NCBI GenBank assembly: GCA_965603825.1 | Contig: CBFDEM010000001.1 | Location: 248,001 to 312,000 of the forward strand | Reading direction: 5' to 3' | Source: Blepharisma stoltei ATCC 30299 | Taxonomy: Eukaryota; Protista; Ciliophora | Length of the DNA stretch: 64,000 nucleotides | Part shown: piece after piece, positions 1 to 11,639 of the stretch | How positions within the stretch are numbered: the first letter of the stretch is position 1 | Layout: every line of letters begins with the position of its first letter | Made by a program: the position numbers and the translations under genes | Notes under the pieces: generated by a model | What the model saw: the letters and a program-made list of their open reading frames with translations, nothing else | What the model was told of the DNA's origin: nothing | Database searches by the model: none

Positions 1-2554
1 GTTTCCATTTTCTATAAGCGAAATAGCTAAGCACAAGGGTAAGTAAAAACAGCACAAAGCCAATAACAATTACAATGACGATGCCATCCCAATCAACAGA
101 GACCATATTTTTCGCGAAGGGACAATCATATGAAGATGACCACTCATCAGATGGAGGAGATTTTCTATCTCCTCCAAATATCAAAGAAGTCCCTGTGACG
201 CTAGAAAATACACTTGGGTTGCTTGGGTCATATATTTGTACAGTAATAATAGCATTTTTTTGCATATTTACAATAGAAAACCCAAACCCAGACCTATCAT
301 TTGACCCATCTATAAACTTCACAACTCCACTTGCCCCAGTAAAATCAGCTGATCTGAGAGATTTGGTAAGGTCAGTACCTGAATTGAAGTCTTCACTGTT
401 TGAAATCATCTCCGCTACTGTATATGCAATTAAATAGACAGTATCATAAGCATACATCCCATAAACTGAATAGTCACTTTTATACTTGGCAGCATAATTT
501 GTTTCGAATTTACTGCCTGCATCACCAATAGCGCTTCTATATGTGATTCCAAAAGCCCCATTAAGCACTTCATAAATTTTTTTCGAGCTTGAGCTTTTCT
601 CAATCAAAGCTTCCAGTTCATCAGTCAGCCATCTTGAGCCAACCCAAGAATAATCAGACCCATAAAGCTCCTTTTTATGTGCAGTAAGTGCAACTTGGTA
701 GCCTACAGTGTGGTGGCCAATATAAATAATCACTTTAACTTGATGTCTGACTATGTTAGAAAGGGCTTCATCGACACTGTTTTTCGTTTTCGAAGTAAGG
801 CCTAAATTTGGGTCATAAGTAATTCCTCGCTTACTCACATCATTTTTTACAGTAATTCCAAGAGTCTTTATGTTGCTCATAAAGGAGGAATATACATCAA
901 TTCCGTATTCATCTAATGTATATATCACGCCAATTTTTTTCCAACCGATTTCTTGGATAAATAAAGCGAGTGCTACACCTTCTAAATCATCAGCTTCAAT
1001 GGTTCTTATGAGCTGAGGATAATTATCAGTGCTCGTTAAATTAGTTCATGTAGCCCCATAACTGATCAATGGTTTAGGATCTGAGGTGGCTGAAATCGCT
1101 TTTGAATATGCAACTGTTTCACTTGTGGTATACGGGCCTATATATGCTAAAATATTTAAGCTTGCAAGAGACTTTATATTTGATGCAGCTAAATCTGTAT
1201 TCATATAAGTGTCTTTATACTCAACAATAATTTGATAGTCACCCATAATTGTTAATGAGTTTACTTCAGAAACGCCAAGATCAAAGCCATTTTTTATAGC
1301 TGTAGCTCCAGCATATGTATTCCCATCCTGATCATGTGCAGGATATAATAAACAAATAGTAAGTAGCGGGATTTTGTCATTAGGAACTGTTGTAGTAAAG
1401 CCAGGCCAAATTATTGTGTTTTTAATAGTGACACTTCTTCCTGCTAAGTTCCAATAGCCTACATAATATTCTTGAAAATTTTGAATATTATAGATACTAT
1501 AGCTTGGGACTTTCATTCGGTTGGTATCAAATTTTATAGGATAATCCAAAGTAGGAGTTGAAGGGTTTGTTAAAATATAGTTCACAATTGCTTTCCCGGA
1601 AATCTTAGTTTGGGATAAATCTATTTGGGCTAGATATTGGCATATTAAAGTCAACGCTGAATAAATATTTCCCAAAAGGTGGCCTGATAAATATGCATCT
1701 TCAGGCGAAGAAAACCCAATTGCCCCTGATTTTAGTATCCCAAAAGTGCTTGAATCTAAGTCAGCATAGGAATTCATTGACACTTCTCCAAGATCAACCA
1801 TAGCATCGTCACAAAAAATTCATGCAAATCCTGATCCTCCCATAACACTTATATCAGCCGCATGCAGTAGCTGAGCCGCATGCATTGAATCCGTGCACAC
1901 TAAAATGACCCTTGCACCTGAGTTTTGTGTTGTCCCTTGCAATCTTGATGTAATAGTAACTCCAGAGTTTTTGTCATCTAAGTCTATAATAATTTCATCA
2001 AGAACTTTCATAGTATGACCAGTTATGAGCTCCTTGAATGAGTTTGCTCAGTTAATATGTGAGGGTTTTTCGTCATAAGCTAAACCTAGATTTTCCCACC
2101 CATAATTTGAAATTAAATCAAAAAATGCTTTAGACTCAGCTTGGTAGTTAGTTTCAAAAAATATAGTATTTTCGCATATAGATTCTTCATTACTGTTATC
2201 AAATGACCTTTGCACAACAATATGGACAAAGTCCATTTGAATAGCTTGGTAGGATAAAAACTGAGTGTAGGCGAGAGAATTTGTAGCATCGATTATAAGC
2301 TGAGTGTGGCTATCTAGGAAAGCAGGAGGGATTGCCCAGACTGATAAATCTGAAGTATCAGTTAAATTAATGCTTGCAATCAAAGTGCTTAAAGAAAAAG
2401 GTAATTTCAGTTCTAGCTTTACCCTGTTCTCCAATCCCATACCATTTCCATAAAGTCTCGCAATAAATCGTGAGTCTGTGTTTGTTGAATAAATAATGCC
2501 GAATGGGACTTGAATTGTTGCTGCAAAGGCTACAAAAATAAACCAAAAAAACAT
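1..2554 (-). CDS. Membrane receptor with two tandem Venus-flytrap (ANF-receptor/periplasmic-binding type I) domains and a TM helix; 3'-truncated by the window edge
   Basis: ORFs 2048-2554, 1820-2011 and 1046-1801 are one frame joined through TGA (Trp), and the frame stays open to base 1. Signal peptide MFFWFIFVAFAA. VFT motifs: YGWENLGLAYD, IIWPGFTTTVPND, AYIGPYTTS, PLISYGATW-TNLTSTDNYPQLIRT, IGWKKIGVIY, FTGASGVVKF. TM helix GIVIVIVIGFVLFLLTLVLSYFAY followed by RKWK. Confidence 0.85.
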
Positions 2555-2781
2555 ATTTATAAGGTCAAAGTTTAGAGGTTTTCTAATCTATGTATATAGA
2601 AACATTTAAAATAATGGGAACTTATGCATTATACTAATTTTTATATTTCAAACACCTTAAATAAAGTAGACAGTTTTTTTGGCCAGAAACTTATTTAAAT
2701 TTATAAGAATATTCTGCTCAGTAAAAATAAATCAAAATTATCACAAAATAATTGAAGTGATTAAATATTAATAAGGTTTTG

Positions 2782-3456
2782 CTAATGGATTATAGGAGCA
2801 TCTTTGAAATTTTCTCTGAATTTGTACTTGAAAAATGAAATGAGGACTATCAAAACTACGATGATATAGCAAGTATAGCTAACTATATGGATCATTAAAA
2901 TTGCCCACTCTTTGACTTCGTCGATTTCTTTGTCCCCATACATTAATTTTCAGCCTTCTTTATCGTTATCATATAAATTTTGTAAGAAGTCTAGTGATTG
3001 CTGTGTGGATAATAAAGCAAAAGTTCCTAGCACTGAAAATAATATAAAATCCGCTACTAAAAAATAAAGCGAAATCATCATGATATCATGCCCATATTCC
3101 CTTCTTATATTGGCTGCATAAATTTGATGATGCTCTTGGATGCTCTTAAAACTCCCAATAATCCCCAATATGCACCCCACAATTGCAACTAGGCTTGTGC
3201 CCATAATTCCTATCATCACCTTTGAATTCGTGTGTTTCCAGGTATACCAAGAAAATACCGCTAAAGAAAACAAAATCCCTATAAGGAGAAAGAAACAAAT
3301 TTTTAAAATGTTAAGGATCTCTTCTCCTCTTTGCACGTGAGGCTTTGGAACTTCAATTTCAAGCTTTGGCATAATCTTATCAGGCTCTTTTTCGTCTTCA
3401 AATGACTGATGGTGAAATGATGAGTGGATGTTTACCTTGTACTCCATTCCAGACAT
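2782..3456 (-). CDS. Four-TM membrane protein (tetraspanin-like topology), 224 aa
   Basis: ORF 2950-3456 extends through TGA to TAG at 2782-2784, adding a fourth hydrophobic helix (WAILMIHIVSYTCYIIVVLIVLISFF). Confidence 0.7.
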
Positions 3457-4069
3457 AATTTTCTCAGTTAAGTTAAAATAGAATTAAGATTATTAAAAGT
3501 AAAATGCTAATAAGCTTAATTTAAACAAATAAAGCTAAGAAAAGGCCAAAAAGGTAAAAATATTGACTGGGCAGGCATCAGAACAATATAATTGTCCATA
3601 GCTTTTACTTTTTGGACATAATCTTTTGCATTTTGAATCTCTGGATAGTAGAATTTAGGATTAGGATTAAAACAAATTTAGTCATAGCTTTTAGCAATAA
3701 TCGAAAGAAAATATGCCGTCTCGATGAGCTTCTTCAAAAGTTAAATAAAGTGAGCACTATTATCATTAATTTATCAGCTGTTCTCAGGCTTATGAATCTC
3801 TGCATTATTTCTTCTTTTCTTATTTACTTGGTACAAAATATATTTTATTATCAAATATATTCAAGCTTTCTGATAACTGTTGCATTTCTCTGTATATTCT
3901 TCAAACTTCTCATTATAGAGCACTATTTCTACTATTTCCAAATTCCTTAGATCCACATTCGAAATCCTGTTTAGTTTTTTTCTTTCCTGCCGTAAATTTT
4001 GCATCTTCATAAGCAGGAATCATTATAATCATTAATGTTATTACTAAGTAGCAAAAATACATACAAAAC

Positions 4070-5200
4070 TTATGGATTTAATTCTTGTGACCTACATCTC
4101 GCAAATGCTCGTCTAATCCTAAATGCTTTTGATTCGTTTTGGCTCTCAATATCCCCTTTCAAATTACACTTAAGAAGCTCTTGGGCAAGCGTTGTGCTTC
4201 TAAAATGTGGCGAATTTTGTATAAGAGAATTCATTTTTTGTTTTGCCTTTGGCGTCGCTAATGGAAAACTTCTTGGTGAAGAAGGCACAGAAGCTTTAGG
4301 AGTTAAGCAAGGGTGGGAAAAATTAGCAAGTTTATTTCTTGCCAATTCACGTGCATGGTAGGAAGACCTCAACATCTGCACAGCGGCTTGAGGGTATACC
4401 TGCTTAATATCCGAATTTTTTATTCTAGCTGCTTTTAATGTGTCTGATGTAACCACAACTGAAAACGCTGAAGGCTTGTCGAATAAAGCCGTTTCTTCTC
4501 CAATTCACGAGCCTTTTTCTAGTGTTGATAAAAACCGCTTGTATTGGCCTTGCTGAAAAAATATTTTACACTCACCTTCTAAGACTATTAAAATTTTTTC
4601 ATTGAAAACCCCTTGCTTTGTAATTACAGTTCCTCGGTTATAATACTCAATATCTAATAAATAAGCCAGCCTTTCTTTTTGTTGAGCTGGCATTTGTAAA
4701 AGACCAGGAATATACTGATCCACGATTTTTCTTTTTGTTTCCATGTTGGCGTTCATTTCTTTGCCTAATAGAGATTTGAAAATTTGGGCCTCAAGTCTAA
4801 GCAAGTGCATGTGTTCTACTGCAATTGCCGTCAAACTCCTCGTGAGATTTTTCAAAATTCCTCTTTCTCCAAGAATCGTCCCTTTTCCTAGAATATTTCC
4901 AGGTATCATGTCAGTTTTGCCCTTTTGAGAATGGTTATAAAGCTGCAGAGAACCAGATAAAATGACATAGATACAGTCACTTGGGTCTCCTTTGGAAAAT
5001 AATAATTCATTCTCTTTTAGTTCTACAACAGTAAAACTGCTTAATAAAAGAATTCGGTTAGTCATGGTTAACGTATCCATAACGCTTTGTAGAGGTTTTA
5101 GGTCGCTGAGTAAAGCATTGAGTTCTTCAATGTCTTCATAGGTTTTGGACTTTTTCTTAATTATGCGGATTGATCTTTTAATATTGGCTGCTGAATCCAT
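4070..5200 (-). CDS. Tandem cyclic-nucleotide-binding (cNMP) domain protein, 376 aa
   Basis: ORFs 4505-5200 and 4070-4456 are in frame through TGA. First domain: LFSKGDPSDCIYVILSG...ILGERGIL...RSLT. Second domain: ITKQG...IVLEGEC...GSW(TGA)IGEETAL. Confidence 0.85.
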
Positions 5201-5488
5201 TTTGATTTGTATGAAGGTTATGCGCTTGCAGATTAAATAAGTGAAGAATATATAAAAACTGTTTTCTAATAGTATACCCTTGGCTCTATGTACTTAAGAT
5301 ATATCAAAACTATTGAATTTTGAAGTATAAGAAATAATAAGCCGTTTTTATATATCTAAATCCACTTAATTAGTCTTATATATTGAAGACTCAATAAGTA
5401 TCTAAACAAAATCTTTCGAATTTTTAATATTAAATCTTTAATTCAGGACAGTTATAATAAAAAGCGTTATCTCTAAATCATTTACATC

Positions 5489-7273
5489 TTAATCAACAAG
5501 ATCTGGGACATTATCAGAGTTAATGGGGACTTTCCAATAGTTATTATTCAAGTAGTCTGTGTTTCCGAATTCTTCTAAAGTCGCTGTTTTTATACAAATA
5601 GTCGATGTAAATAAATCCTTATGTGTTGGATTTTCTTCCCCAAAGTCAAACATGTTTGAAAGCTCTTCAAGATCTTTTCCAGTCATTGGCTTGTCAGCAC
5701 ATAAACTAAATAGTTCTTACTCAGGGATATCGTCGCATTCTCCTTCATCAAATTCTTCCAAATCTTCTTCTTCTTCCTCATCTTTAAGGGCGTTTCTTTG
5801 GTTAATCAGTTTCTATATACAATTTACGTCTAAGTCAAGCTCAAGCCTTGGGCCTTCTTCTTCAGAGCTGTTTAAATCAAATAAATTAAACCTTGTGCTG
5901 CCTCCAAGGGTCTTTTTCTCTAATTCTAAGTAAGGGTCTAATAAGTTAATTTCAAAATTGTTTCAGCCTTCTGTATTCAGCAAAATGTCTTGGAGCTCTT
6001 GTATATATTTTTGCTTTGTTAATAAATTAGCGATTTTATACACATGGGCCATAATTCCTCTTCTAATCAAAACTGAGCCTTTTTGGATTTCTGGATTGTC
6101 AGCTAGATTTACAAGATATTTTGGTAGGACTTGGAATAGCTGGATTTTTAAATCAAGTGAGTCTAGCTGCAAAATTATTTGAATAAGGTTCAGATATACA
6201 GTCTGATAGGCGGAATTTCATTCATATTCAACAAAAAGTGTGGTTAAATGTTGAAGGATTTGGTGGTTTATTATTTCCTGACGCAAACTTGCATTATTTG
6301 ATGACACCAAAAGTATAATTACCTCAGCCAATATTATTTTGGCTTCACCAAGAGTCTTGATTTCTTCTCCAAAAGTTGATTTTATGTTAAACTGAGAGTC
6401 AGACTGCAGGATTCCTGCGAAAAATTCCATAAATTTGCAAAAAGCATCTGCTAGCCCTATACTGTCAATATTCATCCCTTTAATCATGAGGAGGCTTTTC
6501 AAAAGTTTTGCTGAAGATCTTGCTATGTATTTGTTCTGGTCGTTTAAATTTAGGAAAATTTTTTCGATGTTTTCTGAAGACGTAATTCTGGCTACTAAGT
6601 CAGCAGAATTTGAAGATCCTTTTTCTGAAATTAATCTCGAAAGTGTTGCTTCTGCGTTTATTGATACTATAGGATCACTGTCAGCTAATTTTGAAATAAG
6701 CCCATCAACTATACTAAGCCGCTCATTCAAATAGCTCTCACTTTGGCTGATACCAGTCAAGCACCTAAACAAAATATCTCCAATTGATTGACTATAAATA
6801 TGTGAAAGGAGGACTGTATGATAGCTGTTTGTGTAAACGAATTTCAAAATCGCTCCTTGATTTCTTGACAATAGGCCATCAAAAGCTTTCCGAAAATACC
6901 CAGCAAGCAGGTAATTTAGCTTTTCTGATTTGTTGAGAAAACTGAATAGTGTTTGAATAAGTGATTCGTCTTCGAATAGTAAGTCGAGGACACGGTTGAG
7001 ATCACCTGCAAAAAATTGGCTTGCTACCAGAGGAAATTTGTAAGCTCTTTTCTGGTCAGCATCTTCAGGAGGTTCTTCTGTGATCATTGTGAGTAAAACT
7101 TTTAGATGGTCTTTGGTAATACTGTATAAAATTTACTATTTTGCGAGCTGAACATTCCCACTCATAATTTCATCCTCTGTAAAATCGTTAGACAAAATTT
7201 CCTCTATTGAAGGATTGGAATTGAGGAACTCTTTGAATGATGCAACTCGATTGCGGCTGTTTATTCCGGACAT
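5489..7273 (-). CDS. SAPS / PP6 regulatory subunit (SIT4-associated protein), about 579 aa, 3 introns
   Basis: Motifs ITEEPPEDADQKRAYKFP, LNYLLAGYF, LGEAKIILAE, LFVEYEW(TGA)N and RRGIMAH. ATG at 7273. 15-nt introns at 7122-7136, 5813-5827 and 5706-5720. Confidence 0.88.
5706..5720 (-). other. 15-nt intron GTAAGAACTATTTAG
   Basis: Removes an in-frame TAA and joins to ORF 5489-5686. Confidence 0.8.
5813..5827 (-). other. 15-nt intron GTAAATTGTATATAG
   Basis: Removes an in-frame TAG in the SAPS gene and matches the intron consensus. Confidence 0.8.
7122..7136 (-). other. 15-nt spliceosomal intron GTAAATTTTATACAG
   Basis: Removal eliminates an in-frame TAG and joins the ATG 7273 exon to the SAPS ORF. 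Confidence 0.85.
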
Positions 7274-8222
7274 GTTAATTTATTAGATATAGAGCATGAA
7301 AATTCATTTTCATGCTATAATGTCTTAATTCAAATGCCTCAAAATTGCCACAGAGTAGAATTTTAAGGTTTTGATTTTAAATGAAAAGAAAAATTAGACA
7401 AATAAAATCAAAATGATTCTGAGATTTTAAGCTGGATATATATAAGTTATAAATTTTTTATCAAGATTTTGTGATTTTTATATCATTTTTACCGGTTAAT
7501 CTTTTCCTTTTATAATCTCTGTCATATTTTTAAATTTAAAGAAATTTATTTTAAAAATATAGCCCTTAATAGCATAATTGAATATCTGGAATATATTTAA
7601 TTATCTTGATAACTAACAGGATTATTTCATTTGGAATAATATTAAATAAGCTACTTATTCATGATTTACAATTATTTAAGTGTTTATCTTAGCACTTGAG
7701 CTTATCAAATTATTTTAATAAAATTTTTTTCTATAATCTAGGATTAATTATTTAAATTTAAACCTTTCTCCAATTATTAAATTAGTCATTCATAAATTCG
7801 CAATTCATTATTTTAAAATTTATATTTGCCCCATTTTTAATAACTTTAATAACTTTAAGAACCATATTTATTTTAGCTATTTAAATTATTTATGTTAATT
7901 GCTTAACAAATACTGACTTTCTTTCAGAGTTATAATTTACAAAATTTATTCCTAATTTTTACTTATTTTTTGCCAAAGATTATATTTTTATTATATCTTC
8001 AATTAGCTTCCATTAGAATTCGAAAAATTGGCTTTTCAAATTCCATAGAACTTTTATATCCCATCTTCATAACCCCATTTATGTTTAAATAATTTAAAAA
8101 TCTCCAACTAAGGCCACCTTCAAATTTGATATCTACTTTGAGAAAATCCATTTTCTCCTAGCCATTAAAAAAAAGAATCACTATCTTATCAGCTCGAATA
8201 TGGTGTGATTATCTAATAAATA

Positions 8223-9191
8223 ATGCTTATGTCAGAAATGCGATCGTCAGAAGAACCAAAACATACAGTCTTTTATCACACCGAAGGGAAACTTAAAAAA
8301 GGCTTCACCAAAAAAGGCCCCAAAAAGCCAGGCTCACCACCAGAATTCAAAAAAGACTCAGCCTCCTCCACGTCCGATAGTGACCCAGCCAAAGCACTTC
8401 CAATCCCCCACGGAGACAATCCATATGCCAAAGCCAAACAAGCTGAATACAAAGACAAAGATTACAAAAAGGCCGAGCTCTACTACAAGCAAGCCATAGC
8501 CCAAGGCGATAGAGTAGAAAGCGCAGTTAAGGACTTAGCCAGTTTATTGCACCAGCGAGGCAAAACCGCTGAAGCCTGCAAGCTTTTGGAGACCCACCGC
8601 GGTTTATTTGTAAATGATTTTGAAAAGTACCAAAACTTGTACAATACCATTTACAAGCAGTTAGACGAAACTGCTAGCTCTCTCAGCAGGATTTTAAAAG
8701 TTTCAGGGCTACATAAAGATGAAACTTCTGATAAAGTGAGGGAGCTGTTCAACAATTCTTCAAGAATTTTAGAAGTGGTGATGGGAACTGAAGAGGAGGA
8801 TGGGGACACAAATTATTACGCTTTCCTCAGATTCAATTCTCACTCTTCAGCTAGAAAAGCTTTAGAAGGCTTCAGAAACTGGACTCGGCACAGAGTGGAG
8901 TGGGTCAGGAAATCTGGAGAAATCATAGGAGACGCCCATTATGCCCGTCATAAAATGGAGGAATACAGAAAAGCTAACCCAACGTTCGACTATATCATTT
9001 TTGAAAGAGACCCTAAAGGCTACGTCCTTAGCTTGCCAATTGATGGACACAGCGCAAAAAAAGAAGACTTCTCTGAAGGCGAGCTTTCGGTCAAAGGGCT
9101 ACTTGGAAGCGAACTTTATGAGTCCATTTTTAATTATATGGACGCCTCGCCAATCAACTCTTTACGAGTGTCTGAAGTGCGTGTAAACTAA
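8223..9191 (+). CDS. TDM1/MS5(POLLENLESS3)/SDI1-like TPR protein fused to an RRM-like domain, 322 aa
   Basis: PHGDNPYAKAKQAEYKDKDYKKAELYYKQAIAQGDRVESAVKDLASLLHQRGKTAEA resembles the plant MS5/TDM1/SDI1 signature GDxPYxRAKxAQLxxKD...AINAGDRVDSALKDMAVVMKQ. RNP2-like LKVSGL and RNP1-like YYAFLRF lie downstream. Confidence 0.75.
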   Translation: MLMSEMRSSEEPKHTVFYHTEGKLKKGFTKKGPKKPGSPPEFKKDSASSTSDSDPAKALPIPHGDNPYAKAKQAEYKDKDYKKAELYYKQAIAQGDRVESAVKDLASLLHQRGKTAEACKLLETHRGLFVNDFEKYQNLYNTIYKQLDETASSLSRILKVSGLHKDETSDKVRELFNNSSRILEVVMGTEEEDGDTNYYAFLRFNSHSSARKALEGFRNWTRHRVEWVRKSGEIIGDAHYARHKMEEYRKANPTFDYIIFERDPKGYVLSLPIDGHSAKKEDFSEGELSVKGLLGSELYESIFNYMDASPINSLRVSEVRVN

Positions 9192-9264
9192 TATAAATAA
9201 TAAAAATTTATAGGAAAATATTTCTTCCATATGGAATTATTTATTCCATATATTGTGGAATTAA

Positions 9265-11574
9265 ATGGACGAGGACCAGACCAAGTGTTTAGAAGACGCA
9301 ATTTCTGTAGTTAAAGACGAGTCGTATCATATGCAGAGGGCTCTTGATTCTAATAACTTGAATGAGGCTTTAAAGCATGCTTCTAATATGATAGGTGAAC
9401 TTCGCACTTCATTATTATCTCCGAGGTCTTATTATGAGCTCTACATGCAGGTTTTTGATCAACTGAGCAGAATTGAGGCGTTTTTCAGAGAAGAGTCCCG
9501 CAGGGGTACAAGAATTGTAGAGCTTTATGAGAAAGTCCAGCATACCATCAGCATTCTTCCCAGACTTTACCTCTTAATCACTGTAGGCTCAGTATATATA
9601 CAAACCAAAGAGCTCCCAGCCAAGGATATATTGAAAGACCTCATTGAAATGGTAAAAGGTGTCCAACATCCACTAAGAGGGCTGTTCTTAAGATATTATC
9701 TTAATAAAGTGTGTAAGGACAAGCTTCCTGATAAAGGCTCAGATTTTGGAGATGGAGATGTCACTGATTCAATTGATTTTTTGGTGCAGAATTTGTCTGA
9801 AATGAACAGACTTTGGATCAGAATGCAGCATACAGGGTCTGTGAAGGACAAAACAAAGAGAGAAAAAGAAAGAAATGACTTGAGAGTGACTGTAGGAGAA
9901 AATATCAATAGATTGTCAAGCTTACAAGGAGTTAATATTGATGTATATCAAGAATTAGTGCTCCCTAAGATATTAGAGATTGCCGTTTCGAATAAAGATG
10001 CTATTTCTCAGCAATACCTGATGGATTGCATTATACAGGCGTTTTCTGATGATTTCCACCTACATACACTTCAGCCTCTGCTAGAAGCTTGCAGCAATTT
10101 GCAGCCAACTGTAGATATCCAATCCATTGTGATTACTCTTCTTAACAGACTTTCAGACTATGCAGGAGAAGCAGAGCTTGAAGTTGTGCAAAGAATTGAC
10201 ATTTTTGGCTTAATTAAGGCTTACATCGATAAAGTTGTTTCCGATCAAGAAAGTTCTCTTGATACAAAAAAGCTTCTTTTATTACAAGTCGCTTTTATGA
10301 AGCTCTCACTGAAGTGTTACTCATTAAATACAAACAACGTTAACACTATCCTAGAATCTTGCGTTTCACTTATTGACAAAAGTACCCCAGAAAACAGAAT
10401 CCATCCTGAATCTCTTAAATCGATAGTCAAGCTCCTTTCTTTCCCATTAGAAACTTTATCATTCGCTATTTTAACTCTAAACAACTATCCAAAACTAATG
10501 ACTTATCTGCCGTTTTCTTCAAGAAAGCAAGTCGCCTTCAAGATTGTTCAGTCAGTGGTTGTGAGCAAGAAAAGTCTTGATACGCTTGAAACAACAACTC
10601 AGCTGCTTGAATTTGTGTCACCTTTGCTATTTGATACAAGTGACTCAGAAGAAGGAGCTGATGCTTATGAGTTTGAAGATGAACAAAACACTATTGCAAA
10701 GCTTTCTCATCTTGTAAAGTCAGCTGATCTTGATACTCACTACAAAATACTGAGTCTTCTTAAGCAGAGGTTTTCGCAAGGAGGGGATAAAAGAATAAAA
10801 TACACTTTCCCATCACTTATATTTGCTTATATTAATTTCGCTAAACTTTTGAATGCTTCTGAAGATAGCTGGAATACTCATCTGGAGCAAGTGCTCGAAG
10901 TCTTAGCAGAATTAGTAAGCAAAACCTCAGAAAATAACCCTGATCTTGCCCTTAAGCTGAATCTGCAGTGCTTACAGCTAATAAATCAATTCAAAAATAA
11001 TAAATACCAGCACACAGCTCTTGAATTTGTAGAGCAAGCATTTTATGTTTATAAAGAAGAACTCGCTGATTCGTATGCAAAACATGCAGCCATTGATTTA
11101 ATATGTGCAACTTTGGTGACATTAAATTGTTTTGATGACGACACTTCAGATTCTCTTGTTAAATTATGCACTCAGCAAGCACTTAGACAGTTTAAGAAGC
11201 ATGACCAATGCACTGGATTAAGCTCTTGCACCCATTTATTTTATAATGAATTCAACCAAAATGAAAGAATCATCAGCGACTGCTTAGGAAAAGCTGTGAA
11301 AATTGCAGAAATATGCATTACTCATAAGAACTCAGTCAATTTATATTTAACTTTGATCAATAAATATCTTTATTATCTTTTACAAGGGGTAAGCACTCTT
11401 GAAGAAGACTCCGTGAATCAGCTAATTCAGGCGACTAAAGACAGTATTGCAACAGCTGAAAAAGAAGGAGATAATAGAGTTAGCATTAAGGATATCAAAT
11501 CGTATCTAAGAACTACTTTGAACTACATCAAAGCAAGGCAACAAGAAGGAAAACTTAGCGGAATTTCAGTTTAA
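9265..11574 (+). CDS. VPS35: Retromer subunit VPS35
   Basis: Motifs ALKHASNMIGELRTSLLSPRSYYELY, LPRLYLLITVG, GVQHPLRGLFLRYYL and EMNRLWIRMQH. Confidence 0.97.
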   Translation: MDEDQTKCLEDAISVVKDESYHMQRALDSNNLNEALKHASNMIGELRTSLLSPRSYYELYMQVFDQLSRIEAFFREESRRGTRIVELYEKVQHTISILPRLYLLITVGSVYIQTKELPAKDILKDLIEMVKGVQHPLRGLFLRYYLNKVCKDKLPDKGSDFGDGDVTDSIDFLVQNLSEMNRLWIRMQHTGSVKDKTKREKERNDLRVTVGENINRLSSLQGVNIDVYQELVLPKILEIAVSNKDAISQQYLMDCIIQAFSDDFHLHTLQPLLEACSNLQPTVDIQSIVITLLNRLSDYAGEAELEVVQRIDIFGLIKAYIDKVVSDQESSLDTKKLLLLQVAFMKLSLKCYSLNTNNVNTILESCVSLIDKSTPENRIHPESLKSIVKLLSFPLETLSFAILTLNNYPKLMTYLPFSSRKQVAFKIVQSVVVSKKSLDTLETTTQLLEFVSPLLFDTSDSEEGADAYEFEDEQNTIAKLSHLVKSADLDTHYKILSLLKQRFSQGGDKRIKYTFPSLIFAYINFAKLLNASEDSWNTHLEQVLEVLAELVSKTSENNPDLALKLNLQCLQLINQFKNNKYQHTALEFVEQAFYVYKEELADSYAKHAAIDLICATLVTLNCFDDDTSDSLVKLCTQQALRQFKKHDQCTGLSSCTHLFYNEFNQNERIISDCLGKAVKIAEICITHKNSVNLYLTLINKYLYYLLQGVSTLEEDSVNQLIQATKDSIATAEKEGDNRVSIKDIKSYLRTTLNYIKARQQEGKLSGISV

Positions 11575-11639
11575 TAACTAAAATCCTTAATTTATACTCA
11601 AATTTTAAATAAGAATCTGTGTTAAAAATATTATTTATA

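Noticed and set aside
7280-8220. Long, very AT-rich stretch as a possible retained IES or MITE (likewise 27030-27670, 39500-40120, 52940-53500)
   Set aside because: Each lies between divergently transcribed genes as expected for promoter spacers. I saw no terminal inverted repeats and no interrupted CDS. It cannot be excluded without a MAC/MIC read comparison.
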